DNA of 64,000 nt, from positions 50,040 through 114,039 of the forward strand of contig CAYGZQ010000003.1 in assembly GCA_964354375.1 (NCBI GenBank). The letters are read 5' to 3'. The translations under genes were made by a program, and so were the position numbers. Below are positions 48,133-57,092 of the stretch, piece after piece (positions within the stretch are counted from its first letter, which is position 1; each line of letters starts with the position of its first letter). The notes under the pieces are model-generated. The model had not been told where the DNA came from and made no database searches. It saw nothing but the letters and a program-made list of their open reading frames with translations. This DNA comes from an uncultured Planctomycetota bacterium (GTDB lineage Bacteria > JAJVIF01 > JAPKYR01).

Positions 48133-49209
48133 ATGGAACCGTCATTGTTTCGACATGCCGGTGAGGTGAGTGAAGATCAGGCAGGGAAACGTCTCGATTC
48201 GTTCCTGCTGGGTTTTCCTTTCACCCACTTCGACAATCGACTCGGACCGTCGCGCACCACTCTGCAGAAGTGGATCGATGAGGGGTGCGTTCGGGTGAAC
48301 GATGAGGTCAAGGCGGACAAATCCTACCGGGTGCGCGCAGGCGACATCGTCTCGATCGAGGTCCCGATACGGCCGGACATCATGGTTCCGCCGCCGGAGC
48401 CTCTCGACATCGGGATCGTCTTCCAGGACCCCTACATCATCGTCATCGACAAGCCCGCCGGCATATCGAGCCATCCCGTGACTCACGCCATGACCGGCTC
48501 AGTCGTGAATTTTCTCTACTACAAGAAAGTCCCGCTTCCTCCCACATCGCACCCGCTGCGTCCCGGCATCGTACATCGCCTCGACAAGAACACTACCGGC
48601 CTCATGGTCGTCGCCTGCACCGACACGGCCGCGGCAAAGCTGATCGAAATGATCAAGAGACGCGAGGTGGAGCGCACTTACATCGCCATCGTCTGGGGCA
48701 ATCCCCCGCTGAATTCCGGCATAATCGACGCTCCCATTGCCAGATGTCAGAAGGATCGCAAGAAGATGGCTGTCACTCGCGGCGCGAGCGGGAAACCCGC
48801 CCTCACCCATTACCGCGTTCTTGCGAGATACCCGGCGTTCTCTTTCGTCGCCTGCAAGCTCGACACCGGACGGACGCACCAGATACGCGTGCATATGTCC
48901 TACATCGGTTACCCCGTCGCCGGAGATCCCGTCTACGGCGGTCGACACGCGCAGGACAAGATAACAACTGCACTCGCTTCCGTGCAGAAGTACGATCCCC
49001 AGTTGAAGAGCACCGAGCGCATTCTCAGGCAAATTGCCGCGATTCTCACAAGGGACAACGTTCACCTCCTTCACGCCGCAATGCTTCGATTCCCTCACCC
49101 GATAACGGGCGAGAAGCTTTCGTTCAAGGTCGAGCCTCACGGCAAGTTCAATGAGGTGCTCGGACTTCTCAACACACTTCCGCACGAGGAGACCGCAGAT
49201 GCGCTTTGA
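48133..49209 (+). CDS. rluD: RluA-family 23S rRNA pseudouridine synthase (RluD-like, with S4 domain)
   Basis: N-terminal S4 domain; VHRLDKNTTGLMVVA and GRTHQIRVHM catalytic motifs. Confidence 0.8.
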   Translation: MEPSLFRHAGEVSEDQAGKRLDSFLLGFPFTHFDNRLGPSRTTLQKWIDEGCVRVNDEVKADKSYRVRAGDIVSIEVPIRPDIMVPPPEPLDIGIVFQDPYIIVIDKPAGISSHPVTHAMTGSVVNFLYYKKVPLPPTSHPLRPGIVHRLDKNTTGLMVVACTDTAAAKLIEMIKRREVERTYIAIVWGNPPLNSGIIDAPIARCQKDRKKMAVTRGASGKPALTHYRVLARYPAFSFVACKLDTGRTHQIRVHMSYIGYPVAGDPVYGGRHAQDKITTALASVQKYDPQLKSTERILRQIAAILTRDNVHLLHAAMLRFPHPITGEKLSFKVEPHGKFNEVLGLLNTLPHEETADAL

Positions 49210-50323
49210 TGTCGCTCACACCGACTCCAATGCACGTGCGGGCCTGATGCAGACGGCGTATGGGACCGTCGAGACTCCCGCCTTCATGCCGTGCGCGACA
49301 ATCGGCGCGGTCAAGGGTGTGAGATGGGATGAGCTCGAGGAACTCGGCTATGCCCTTATCCTCATGAACAGCCTCCACCTCCATCTTCGTCCCGGAGCGG
49401 ATACGGTGAGCGACCTCGGCGGAATTCACGCCTTCTCGTCCTTCCGAAAATCGATCCTCACCGATTCCGGCGGATATCAGTTTTTCAGCCTGAAGGGTCT
49501 GTATCGGATCGACGACGACGGCGTGGGGTTTCAGTCGCCATACGACGGCAGCCATCACCGCTTCACCCCCGAGAGTGTCGTCGAGCTCCAGGTGAAGCTC
49601 GGGTCCGACATCATGATGCCGCTCGACCATTGCGCCCCGGGCGATTCGCCGAGACAGGGATTTGTCGAGGCGGGCGAACGGACGGTCAGGTGGCTGGAAA
49701 GAGCGAAGAGACGTTTCGCGGAAATCGCCGACCCGGCCCGTCAGGCGCTTTTCGGCATCTTTCAGGGCGGGACCTGTCTGGATCTCCGCCGCGAATTCCT
49801 CGAAAAATCAATCGAGCTTGACATGCCCGGCTACGCGATGGGCGGGATCAGTGTAGGGGAGGACCGCGTCGAGGGGCAGGATGTCGTGGATGAAGTCATC
49901 CCTCTGATGCCCGCGGACAAGCCTCGCTACCTCATGGGCGTCGGCCTTCCGGAGCAGATGCTGGCCGGGATACGAGCCGGGATCGATCTGTTCGATTGCG
50001 TCCTCCCCACGCGCATGGCGAGGAACGGCACTCTGTTCACGAGCGCCGGTCGACTGAATCTGAAGAACTCTCGATTCAGGAATGAGGCGGGTCCTCTCGA
50101 TCCGAAATGCTCCTGCACGACCTGCCAAAGATATTCAAGAGCTTACCTTTCACATCTATACAAATCCGGCGACCCGGGCGTGCTGGGCCTTCTCTCGCTC
50201 CACAACCTGGCTTACTACCTGAGGCTGGTTCAGGACGCCCGCAAGGCGATCATTGCCGACCGTTTTGACTCGTGGAAAGCCGCGACCGAGTCGGGATGGC
50301 GGCACGAGGATAGCGACACGTAG
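49199..50323 (+). CDS. tgt: Queuine tRNA-ribosyltransferase (tRNA-guanine transglycosylase)
   Basis: MRFDVAHTDSNARAGLMQTAYGTVETPAFMP N-terminus; Zn-binding CxCxxC…H at the C-terminus; overlaps the rluD stop by 11 nt. Confidence 0.9.
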   Translation: MRFDVAHTDSNARAGLMQTAYGTVETPAFMPCATIGAVKGVRWDELEELGYALILMNSLHLHLRPGADTVSDLGGIHAFSSFRKSILTDSGGYQFFSLKGLYRIDDDGVGFQSPYDGSHHRFTPESVVELQVKLGSDIMMPLDHCAPGDSPRQGFVEAGERTVRWLERAKRRFAEIADPARQALFGIFQGGTCLDLRREFLEKSIELDMPGYAMGGISVGEDRVEGQDVVDEVIPLMPADKPRYLMGVGLPEQMLAGIRAGIDLFDCVLPTRMARNGTLFTSAGRLNLKNSRFRNEAGPLDPKCSCTTCQRYSRAYLSHLYKSGDPGVLGLLSLHNLAYYLRLVQDARKAIIADRFDSWKAATESGWRHEDSDT

Positions 50324-50338
50324 GCGGGGAATCCTCGT

Positions 50339-50428
50339 ATCCAAGGCCCGAACGTTAGTGAGGGCGCCTTCTCGTGAACGATCCGCTCGAGAGACCTGAG
50401 CGCCCTCACTTACATTCGGGCCTTGGAT
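50339..50428. repeat. Long imperfect inverted repeat with ~27-bp arms and a ~32-nt loop, between tgt and the DUF167 gene
   Basis: TATCCAAGGCCCGAACGTTAGTGAGGGCGC … GCGCCCTCACTTACATTCGGGCCTTGGATG; no T-tract follows. Confidence 0.6.
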
Positions 50429-50491
50429 GCAAGCATTGATCACGTTTCTCGAGCTTTTTGCTATACTGGCGGCCTCGCGAGCGGGATTTCC

Positions 50492-50782
50492 ATGCTGAAG
50501 CTGACCGAACAATCCGGCGCTGTTGAGTTCGAGGTGCTGGCGAAGCCGAAAGCCTCGCGAAATGAGATCATTGGGGTGCATGACGGGGCGCTGAAGGTTG
50601 CCGTCACCGCTCCCCCTGAAAAAGGCAAGGCCAACGCGGCGATTGTGAAACTGCTGTCCGAGATTCTTGAGGTGCCGCCATCTTCAATCGAGATTGTCTC
50701 GGGGGAGACATCCAGACGGAAGCGCGTACGCATCGAGGGTGTCGATGCCGCGGACATGGCGAGGCTGGCCGGGGGATCGTAA
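50492..50782 (+). CDS. DUF167 (YggU-family) protein
   Basis: Matches …LKV.V.A.P.KGKAN.A…L…L…EIV.G.TSR.K.V family members. Confidence 0.65.
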   Translation: MLKLTEQSGAVEFEVLAKPKASRNEIIGVHDGALKVAVTAPPEKGKANAAIVKLLSEILEVPPSSIEIVSGETSRRKRVRIEGVDAADMARLAGGS

Positions 50783-50795
50783 GTTGAGTCCTGAC

Positions 50796-51374
50796 ATGCG
50801 CATTATCGCGGGCATGTGGAAGGGACGGAAGATATCGTCCTTCTCCTCAGGCTACCGTCCTACCGCCGCGGTCGTGAAGAAGAGCCTGTTCGACACGATC
50901 GGAACGGACATCGAGGACGCGGGATTTCTTGACCTGTTCGCAGGCGCGGGAGCGGTCGGACTGGAGGCATTAAGCAGAGGTGCAGGGTTCGTGTGTTTTG
51001 TCGAGAACAACGATTCGAGGGTTGGCGTTCTCCGGAGGAACCTTGAGATACTCGGAGCGCCCCGCGACTCGTTCGGGGTGTTCGGACTGGATTACCTGGG
51101 GGCGCTGCAGATGATGAGGGATCGGGGAGCGGTTTTCGATTTCATTTACGTGGACCCCCCCTACAAAGGTCCCGTTCCGCGGCGTATACTTGCCGAGATC
51201 GTGGCGTCCCGTGTTCTTGCCGAGGACGGCCTTCTTATCCTGGAGGCGGACCGTCGCAATGGCAGGGAGGTCCTCGATTCGGCCCCTGAGGAGCTGTACC
51301 CGTTGCGGGAGCGGCTTCATGGGGGAACGGCGCTGATATTTTTCAGGTGGCGGCGCGAGCCGACGGAGGCCTGA
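50796..51374 (+). CDS. rsmD: 16S rRNA (guanine966-N2)-methyltransferase RsmD
   Basis: MRIIAGMWKGRKI…, LDLFAGAGAVGLEALSRGA, DFIYVDPPY. Confidence 0.8.
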   Translation: MRIIAGMWKGRKISSFSSGYRPTAAVVKKSLFDTIGTDIEDAGFLDLFAGAGAVGLEALSRGAGFVCFVENNDSRVGVLRRNLEILGAPRDSFGVFGLDYLGALQMMRDRGAVFDFIYVDPPYKGPVPRRILAEIVASRVLAEDGLLILEADRRNGREVLDSAPEELYPLRERLHGGTALIFFRWRREPTEA

Positions 51375-51404
51375 ACCGAGCATTTTTGTTAAACGGAGTA
51401 TTTC

Positions 51405-51866
51405 ATGAGAGGAATATATCCCGGGACATTCGATCCGATCACGAACGGTCACCTGGACATAATCGATCGCGCCAGGAGGATCGTGGACAGCCTTGTCGTC
51501 GCGGTCGGCGATAACCCTCAGAAAGTGCGCACGTTTGATCTGGAGACCCGTGTCAAAATGGTCCGCGAGAGCATCCCCGACTCGTGGAATATCGAAGTGG
51601 TGACATTCTCGGGGCTGCTTGTGGACGCTGCGCGGGACGCGGGCGCGAAGGTCATCGTCCGCGGCCTCAGGGCGATCAGCGATTACGAGTTAGAGGTCCA
51701 GATGGCGATCGTCAATCGAAGCCTCAACAAGGACATCGACACGATCATCCTTGTCGCGAGCCACCAGTATTCGTTCATCTCAAGTTCGCTCATGAAAGAA
51801 ATCGCCCGCTTCGGCGGCGACATAAGCCAGTTCGTGCCGAAATCGGCTTTGAAGTATTTCAAGTGA
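51405..51866 (+). CDS. coaD: Phosphopantetheine adenylyltransferase
   Basis: MRGIYPGTFDPITNGHLDII N-terminus; length matches. Confidence 0.9.
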   Translation: MRGIYPGTFDPITNGHLDIIDRARRIVDSLVVAVGDNPQKVRTFDLETRVKMVRESIPDSWNIEVVTFSGLLVDAARDAGAKVIVRGLRAISDYELEVQMAIVNRSLNKDIDTIILVASHQYSFISSSLMKEIARFGGDISQFVPKSALKYFK

Positions 51867-51895
51867 AGTAAGGGAAAGAGGGTGAGAGGCGGCCT

Positions 51896-52366
51896 ATGAT
51901 CGAATCGCCCGACATCATCGAGCGGCTCAGGGCTCTGGTTGAGAGCGGGGGGGCGTTCATGGCCCTGTTCGACCGCTCCATGGTTCAGCGCTCTCGAGCG
52001 CTCGAGCTGATCGAGGTGCTTCTGGAATCGCTGCCGGAGGAACTGGAGCAGGCGAAGAGCATTCTTGAGCGCCAGGACCAGATTCTCGAGGAAGCCCGAC
52101 AGCAGGCGGGGGAGATTGTCGATGACGCAGTGAAGCGGGCCGAGCGTCTTGTGGACGCCGATTCGATCACCAGGCGTGCCCGCGAGCGCTCCGACGAGAT
52201 CATGGACGACAGCGACAGGTATGTCGTCGAGCGTCTTGAATCGCTGGAACACGAATTGAACACGCTGCTCTCCGAGGTCCGTGCGGGGATGGAGTCGATG
52301 CAATCGAGGACTCAGAGCGGAAGGGGTCGCGCTGTGGACAACGGCTCATCCCTTGACAAGGGTTGA
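51896..52366 (+). CDS. Hypothetical coiled-coil protein at the position usually held by yceD/DUF177 upstream of rpmF
   Basis: 156-aa ORF, helical and charged, no Cys pairs; call rests on conserved neighbourhood only. Confidence 0.45.
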   Translation: MIESPDIIERLRALVESGGAFMALFDRSMVQRSRALELIEVLLESLPEELEQAKSILERQDQILEEARQQAGEIVDDAVKRAERLVDADSITRRARERSDEIMDDSDRYVVERLESLEHELNTLLSEVRAGMESMQSRTQSGRGRAVDNGSSLDKG

Positions 52367-52414
52367 GTACCCGATTATACTACCGCAGCCTTCATTGTCT
52401 GAACGAGGCCGATT

Positions 52415-52609
52415 ATGGCATTACCGAAATACAAGCTTTCGAGGTCCAACACGAAACAGAGACGCGCCGCATGGAAGGCTCAGCCGCCGGAGCTGGGCAC
52501 CTGTCCGTCCTGCGGAAAATCCAGACCTTCGCATACAATCTGCCCACACTGTGGTTTCTATAAGGGCCGTCAATTCAAGCCCCGCAGGCGTGAGAAGCGG
52601 GAAGAGTAA
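52415..52609 (+). CDS. rpmF: 50S ribosomal protein L32
   Basis: [18 protein letters not shown]…CPSCG…CPHCGFYKG. Confidence 0.85.
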   Translation: MALPKYKLSRSNTKQRRAAWKAQPPELGTCPSCGKSRPSHTICPHCGFYKGRQFKPRRREKREE

Positions 52610-52625
52610 CCACCGAGGAGATATC

Positions 52626-52868
52626 ATGAACGAAGAGATTTTCGAGAAGCTCAAGGGCATCATCGTTGAGCAGCTTGGGGTTAAGGAAACCGAGATCAGA
52701 CCTGAGGCACACTTCGCCGACGATCTCGGCGCCGACAGCCTTGACATCGTCGAGATGATCATGGCCGTGGAGGAAGAGTTCGCCATTCAGGTTTCCGACG
52801 AAGAAGCCGAATCCCTCCAGACCGTCGCGGACGTCATCCGCTTCATCAAAGAACACAAGGAAAGCTGA
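52626..52868 (+). CDS. acpP: Acyl carrier protein
   Basis: [20 protein letters not shown] with the phosphopantetheinylated Ser in DSLD. Start is ATG 52626 with RBS GAGGAG, not the longer ORF-track start. Confidence 0.85.
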   Translation: MNEEIFEKLKGIIVEQLGVKETEIRPEAHFADDLGADSLDIVEMIMAVEEEFAIQVSDEEAESLQTVADVIRFIKEHKES

Positions 52869-52903
52869 ACCCAGGACGTCTATTCCTTGAACCCTGGCAA
52901 TTC

Positions 52904-52929
52904 GGAGGATGACATGTCCTCCTTTTTTT
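52904..52929 (+). terminator. Rho-independent terminator after acpP
   Basis: GGAGGATGACATGTCCTCC followed by T7. Confidence 0.65.
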
Positions 52930-52997
52930 GCTTTAGCGCAAAAGAGAATTCGCCTCCCCGGGCGAACCTTGTGCTGAACAGGTCTCTTACTTGGAGC

Positions 52998-53801
52998 TTA
53001 CTTCAAGGGTGCGCGGTTTACAGGACTCGCAGCGGCTTCCGGATCGTACAGACGGCGCGAGTACAGGTAGTACCCGATGCCCATCAGGGAAACCGCCAGA
53101 CCCACGGCGATCGCCACGGGCGGGTCGAGCAGGGTGTGCCTGAGGAGCGTGGGATCGAGGTACCATCTGACGAAATAGAAAGCGAAACCGGCCCCGGCCG
53201 CTCCGCCCGCCGCCGCGAAAGTCTGTTTCATTGCAAGCGACAGGGATTTCCGCTCTGTGTATATCCCGAAGAAAAGCGTGATCAGGCCGATCAGGGGCGA
53301 CGCGATCGAGAACCTGGTAATGCAGATGTTGGCGCAGCCGAGCACGATCAGAACGCCCGATACCATCCTCATCAGGCGAGAGCGGTTCATTCCCCGCATG
53401 CGCGACCCTACGAGGTGCGAGATCAGCACGCCCGCCGTCCCGATACATCCGGCGCTTACCGCAGCCACCGACAAGTCGATCATCCCGAAGCGATAGAGGT
53501 AGAAGGCCGCGTTCGCGAGCAGAACCGCCGCTATGACACCGATGGTAAACGATATCCGACCGGAGAAGACCCTGATGTTCTCCGAATTCAGCAGCGCGAA
53601 TCCGGCCAGCTTGATGTACCCCACGAATCTGCTGACCACAAGAATGCTCGTAGCCAGCAGGATCAGTATGCGCCGGTCTTCCTCGGAAGACACGAGCATG
53701 ATGTTCGGCACACCGGCAATCAGCGCCGTGACGCCATAGATCATCAGAAACAGCGCGCTCCTGGTGCGGTAACGTTCGAATGGTCGCGACGGTTTACCCA
53801 T
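52998..53801 (-). CDS. Polytopic membrane protein (~8 TM), unknown function
   Basis: Hydrophobicity pattern only. Confidence 0.5.
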   Translation of the reverse strand: MGKPSRPFERYRTRSALFLMIYGVTALIAGVPNIMLVSSEEDRRILILLATSILVVSRFVGYIKLAGFALLNSENIRVFSGRISFTIGVIAAVLLANAAFYLYRFGMIDLSVAAVSAGCIGTAGVLISHLVGSRMRGMNRSRLMRMVSGVLIVLGCANICITRFSIASPLIGLITLFFGIYTERKSLSLAMKQTFAAAGGAAGAGFAFYFVRWYLDPTLLRHTLLDPPVAIAVGLAVSLMGIGYYLYSRRLYDPEAAASPVNRAPLK

Positions 53802-53987
53802 AACAAAAAAGCCGGGCCGCTCTGTGACGACACCCGATCCTCTGGCTTATCTTAACACGTTCCGACTCCAAGGCCAATAGCCCTCATGCTCGGTGGGGGG
53901 TTCGGTCCATTCGGACACCTTGTCGACCTGCGCGGCCGCAGGTACACGCCCCTCGACTCTCCCCCCATTAAGATCGATTAAACCTCA

Positions 53988-56369
53988 TTAATCGTACACT
54001 ATCGGGACGGAAATCACGAAAATCGTGAGGGCGTGCTGCTCCAGCTCCCCCCGACTGACCCTGACATCGGACGATACACCGGAGGATGCGAGCATGAGAT
54101 AAGCCCTCTGGGGGCGGCCCGTTGTCCAGGACTGGGTGTAGTACTGCGATCGTCCCACCGGCATCGCATAGACCTGCTTCCACAGCTCCTGAAGCACCTG
54201 TCCCATGAGTTGGTCGATCGCATTCATGCCGGGTCCCTGCAATCTGGACGGGAAATCGCCCTGGTATTCCGGGGCAAGCCCCTCGCCCCGGTTGATCTCC
54301 TCTCCGTCGACAAGGTTGCAGTCGAGGTGAATCTCCGTGCCCTCCGGGACCACATTCTTCCCCACCGTCAGCGCACGCGAGGATACGGAGATCCGTCCCG
54401 CAACTGCCGGGAACGACAGCTTTGCGTCGAGCTTGAGGTGAGCCGTGGTCGGGCCGACCGTCAGCTTGCCGGTGGCCGTCAGCTCGGGTGCCTGCCGACG
54501 CATGACAAACGTGCGCTCGCCCAAACCGTCGGCACGCATCGAGACAGCCTCCAGAGGGAGGTCCGGGAGGCTGATTTTCGATCCTTCCTCGACTGTGACC
54601 GTGCCGTATGGCCATACCGCGGGGTCCGCCAGCTCGTCCAGAATGGCGTTCGAATGATTCCACGTGAGCGTGTGTGGGGCCGAAGATGTCGCGCTGTACG
54701 ACATGCACGAGTATACGTGGGATTGTCCGCCTGTCGCTCCAGAGGACTCCTCGGGAACGATCGCCTCGCACCAGTACAGGTTTGCCTCGTTCAGCCTGAC
54801 CTTCTCCGATGAGGGTTTTCCGGTCCTGAAAAAGGCGATGCCAGTGAAGACCACGGACCATAGTATGAACGTGGCCAGAATGATATTTCCCCGACCTTTC
54901 GCCAGGATTGCGATGATCGGCAACGCGAGGAGGTAGATCAGCACTGGTCCGAGAGCGTTGAGCCATCTCATCACCCGGCCCGGACCGCCTCCCGAGCCCT
55001 GCCTGAAAAAGGTCTGGATTCTCGCGTCGTAAAATCCTCTGAACTGGATCACCGAGTCGGCGGCAAGCTGGCGTGCCGGAGAGAAAGGATCGAGAAGCCC
55101 GTAGACGGCGAGCAGTCCGATCGGCGGATCGCCGGCGGCTGGTCCGCCCTCGAACGGATCGAATGCCGCGAATCCCGCGTGACCTCCTCCAAGCGTCCGG
55201 ACAACGAGTATCGGCGACGTCATCCCGGAGACTGTGACCGTCTCGCATTCGACCGCAGGCGTGACCAAGACCGTATTGTAGCTGTCAGGGCGATTCCACA
55301 CATTCTGCGCCGCATCCTCCCCTGCGTCGGGGACTCCGTCACCGCTCGATTCCTCCGGGGGAGTGAAAACCTCCCCGTGAATGCCCCGGGTCTTGCCGGT
55401 GGCCCTTCGAGGCATGAAGCTGTCGAATCCGCCCTCCGGCAAGATTCGGTCGCACGTCTCCAGAAACGCTTCGATCGGCACCGATCCCTGCCCCTGCGCG
55501 GCCGTCACAGCGAGCAATTGATCGCTCTCCCAGCCGTCCACCGGATCGATCCCGTCCTCGTAATAGATCAGCATGTTTCCGCCGTGAAGAACGTACTCCA
55601 GGATCGTGTCTTTCTTCTGTCGGTCCAGAGCGAGGTACGTGCTCACATTTGTCGCGATGAGGCTCACGCTCTCGAGGAGGATCGCGTTGGAGGGCAGATC
55701 GCCGGGGTCGAGAACAACCGGGAAGATCTTCGGAGGATACTCGACAAGGCCTCCGGACGGATGCACGCCCTTCCAAGCCATGTTCAGAAATCCGGGATTG
55801 TTGCCCAGGAACAGGTTCTCCAAAGGCCCCCACGGCGTTCCAAGATGGATGACGAGGCTATCGAACTGGCTGAGCATCCAGGAGTCCAGGTTCACCTGCT
55901 TCAGGGGGTCTCCGTTTGCGCTCAGCACGCTCACCGGCACCGTGCACGGGCTTTTGTCGAAGCAGCCGAAACATCCAATCTCAACTTTCTGCCGCGCGCC
56001 GGGGGGGATAATGATCGGCTGAGTGTAGTAGGTCGGCGGGACCCATCCCTGCATGTCCGCAAGCGCCCAACCCTCCAGCAGGTCCCCCTTGTTCTCGATC
56101 AGGAGGCTTATGGGCGACGGAGTCTGGATTCGGTAGTATCCACCGAATCCCACGGAGCCCGTGAACTCGATGTTTCTGGACCCTGCCTGTGCGTGCAACG
56201 GCCGCGCGGAGGTGAAGACAAGGCAGAGGAAAGTCAACAGAAAGACGCAAAATCGCAGAGAATCGATACCCCCCCTTTGTTCCCCCCCAAGGTGGGGGAC
56301 GGCGAGGAACCGATATCGGAGATGAGTCCGACCTGTCAGTTCAGTGGAATGCGGCCTTGTTCTGAGCAT
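53988..56369 (-). CDS. Large membrane-anchored protein (N-terminal signal/anchor and mid-protein TM helices); paralogous to 57082..59790
   Basis: Start is 6 nt after the upstream stop. Shares the …L.E.V..GG..I… segment and overall architecture with the 902-aa protein. Confidence 0.55.
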   Translation of the reverse strand: MLRTRPHSTELTGRTHLRYRFLAVPHLGGEQRGGIDSLRFCVFLLTFLCLVFTSARPLHAQAGSRNIEFTGSVGFGGYYRIQTPSPISLLIENKGDLLEGWALADMQGWVPPTYYTQPIIIPPGARQKVEIGCFGCFDKSPCTVPVSVLSANGDPLKQVNLDSWMLSQFDSLVIHLGTPWGPLENLFLGNNPGFLNMAWKGVHPSGGLVEYPPKIFPVVLDPGDLPSNAILLESVSLIATNVSTYLALDRQKKDTILEYVLHGGNMLIYYEDGIDPVDGWESDQLLAVTAAQGQGSVPIEAFLETCDRILPEGGFDSFMPRRATGKTRGIHGEVFTPPEESSGDGVPDAGEDAAQNVWNRPDSYNTVLVTPAVECETVTVSGMTSPILVVRTLGGGHAGFAAFDPFEGGPAAGDPPIGLLAVYGLLDPFSPARQLAADSVIQFRGFYDARIQTFFRQGSGGGPGRVMRWLNALGPVLIYLLALPIIAILAKGRGNIILATFILWSVVFTGIAFFRTGKPSSEKVRLNEANLYWCEAIVPEESSGATGGQSHVYSCMSYSATSSAPHTLTWNHSNAILDELADPAVWPYGTVTVEEGSKISLPDLPLEAVSMRADGLGERTFVMRRQAPELTATGKLTVGPTTAHLKLDAKLSFPAVAGRISVSSRALTVGKNVVPEGTEIHLDCNLVDGEEINRGEGLAPEYQGDFPSRLQGPGMNAIDQLMGQVLQELWKQVYAMPVGRSQYYTQSWTTGRPQRAYLMLASSGVSSDVRVSRGELEQHALTIFVISVPIVYD

Positions 56370-56375
56370 CCGGGG

Positions 56376-57092
56376 TCAAATTGTAGCACGGGTTTTGGTG
56401 AAGGGCAGGGGCAGGGCATGGAGCGTGATCGCGATGACGGCGAGAAGCGCGTGAAACGACACGGCGGTCCAGTCCGATTGCACGATCTCGCGCGCCTGCG
56501 GAGCGATCAGAAACGCGTCAGCCATCCCGCGTGCCAGATGAACGGAGCCCGCGAAAATCCAGGCCGTCAGGGGTCGAAGGCGGGGATGCGGCGCACGGGA
56601 AAGGGCGAAATCGACTCCCCAGGCCATCATCGTGCCGAGAATCATCAGGTCTATGACAGCGGTCGCGAGCGCAGCGGGTCCGGGGAACGCGTTTGAGCCC
56701 GCGATCATGGGCATGCTGAGGAGGATGAAGAGGCCGTACAACGTCAGGGCCGACAAGGGAAGTACGCCGCCGGAGAAAGGTTGGCACGCGGCTGTGTCGA
56801 CCAGGTGTCTCTGGACTCCGTGCCAGTACACCAGAACGGAGGGAATGATCAGAAGGCCCGCGAGCGCCAGCATGGAATGAGGGCCGAATGCGCCTCTGGA
56901 CGGGCAGAGAAGGCTGAAGCCGAACGGGTCGATCGACTGGAACGCGTCGCCCCTGAACGGGGATGTGCCGCCCGAGAACGGCAGCATGCAGGCAAGCAGG
57001 AGAAAAAACGCCATGAGCCATTCCGGACGCGCCAGGATTCGACCGAGAAGGATCGGGACCGGAGAGAATATGGATGCTTGGTCACGAAGCAT
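56376..57092 (-). CDS. 6-TM membrane protein (possibly permease-like)
   Basis: Hydrophobicity. Overlaps the upstream gene by 11 nt and precedes the downstream gene by 6 nt, consistent with translational coupling. Confidence 0.55.
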   Translation of the reverse strand: MLRDQASIFSPVPILLGRILARPEWLMAFFLLLACMLPFSGGTSPFRGDAFQSIDPFGFSLLCPSRGAFGPHSMLALAGLLIIPSVLVYWHGVQRHLVDTAACQPFSGGVLPLSALTLYGLFILLSMPMIAGSNAFPGPAALATAVIDLMILGTMMAWGVDFALSRAPHPRLRPLTAWIFAGSVHLARGMADAFLIAPQAREIVQSDWTAVSFHALLAVIAITLHALPLPFTKTRATI

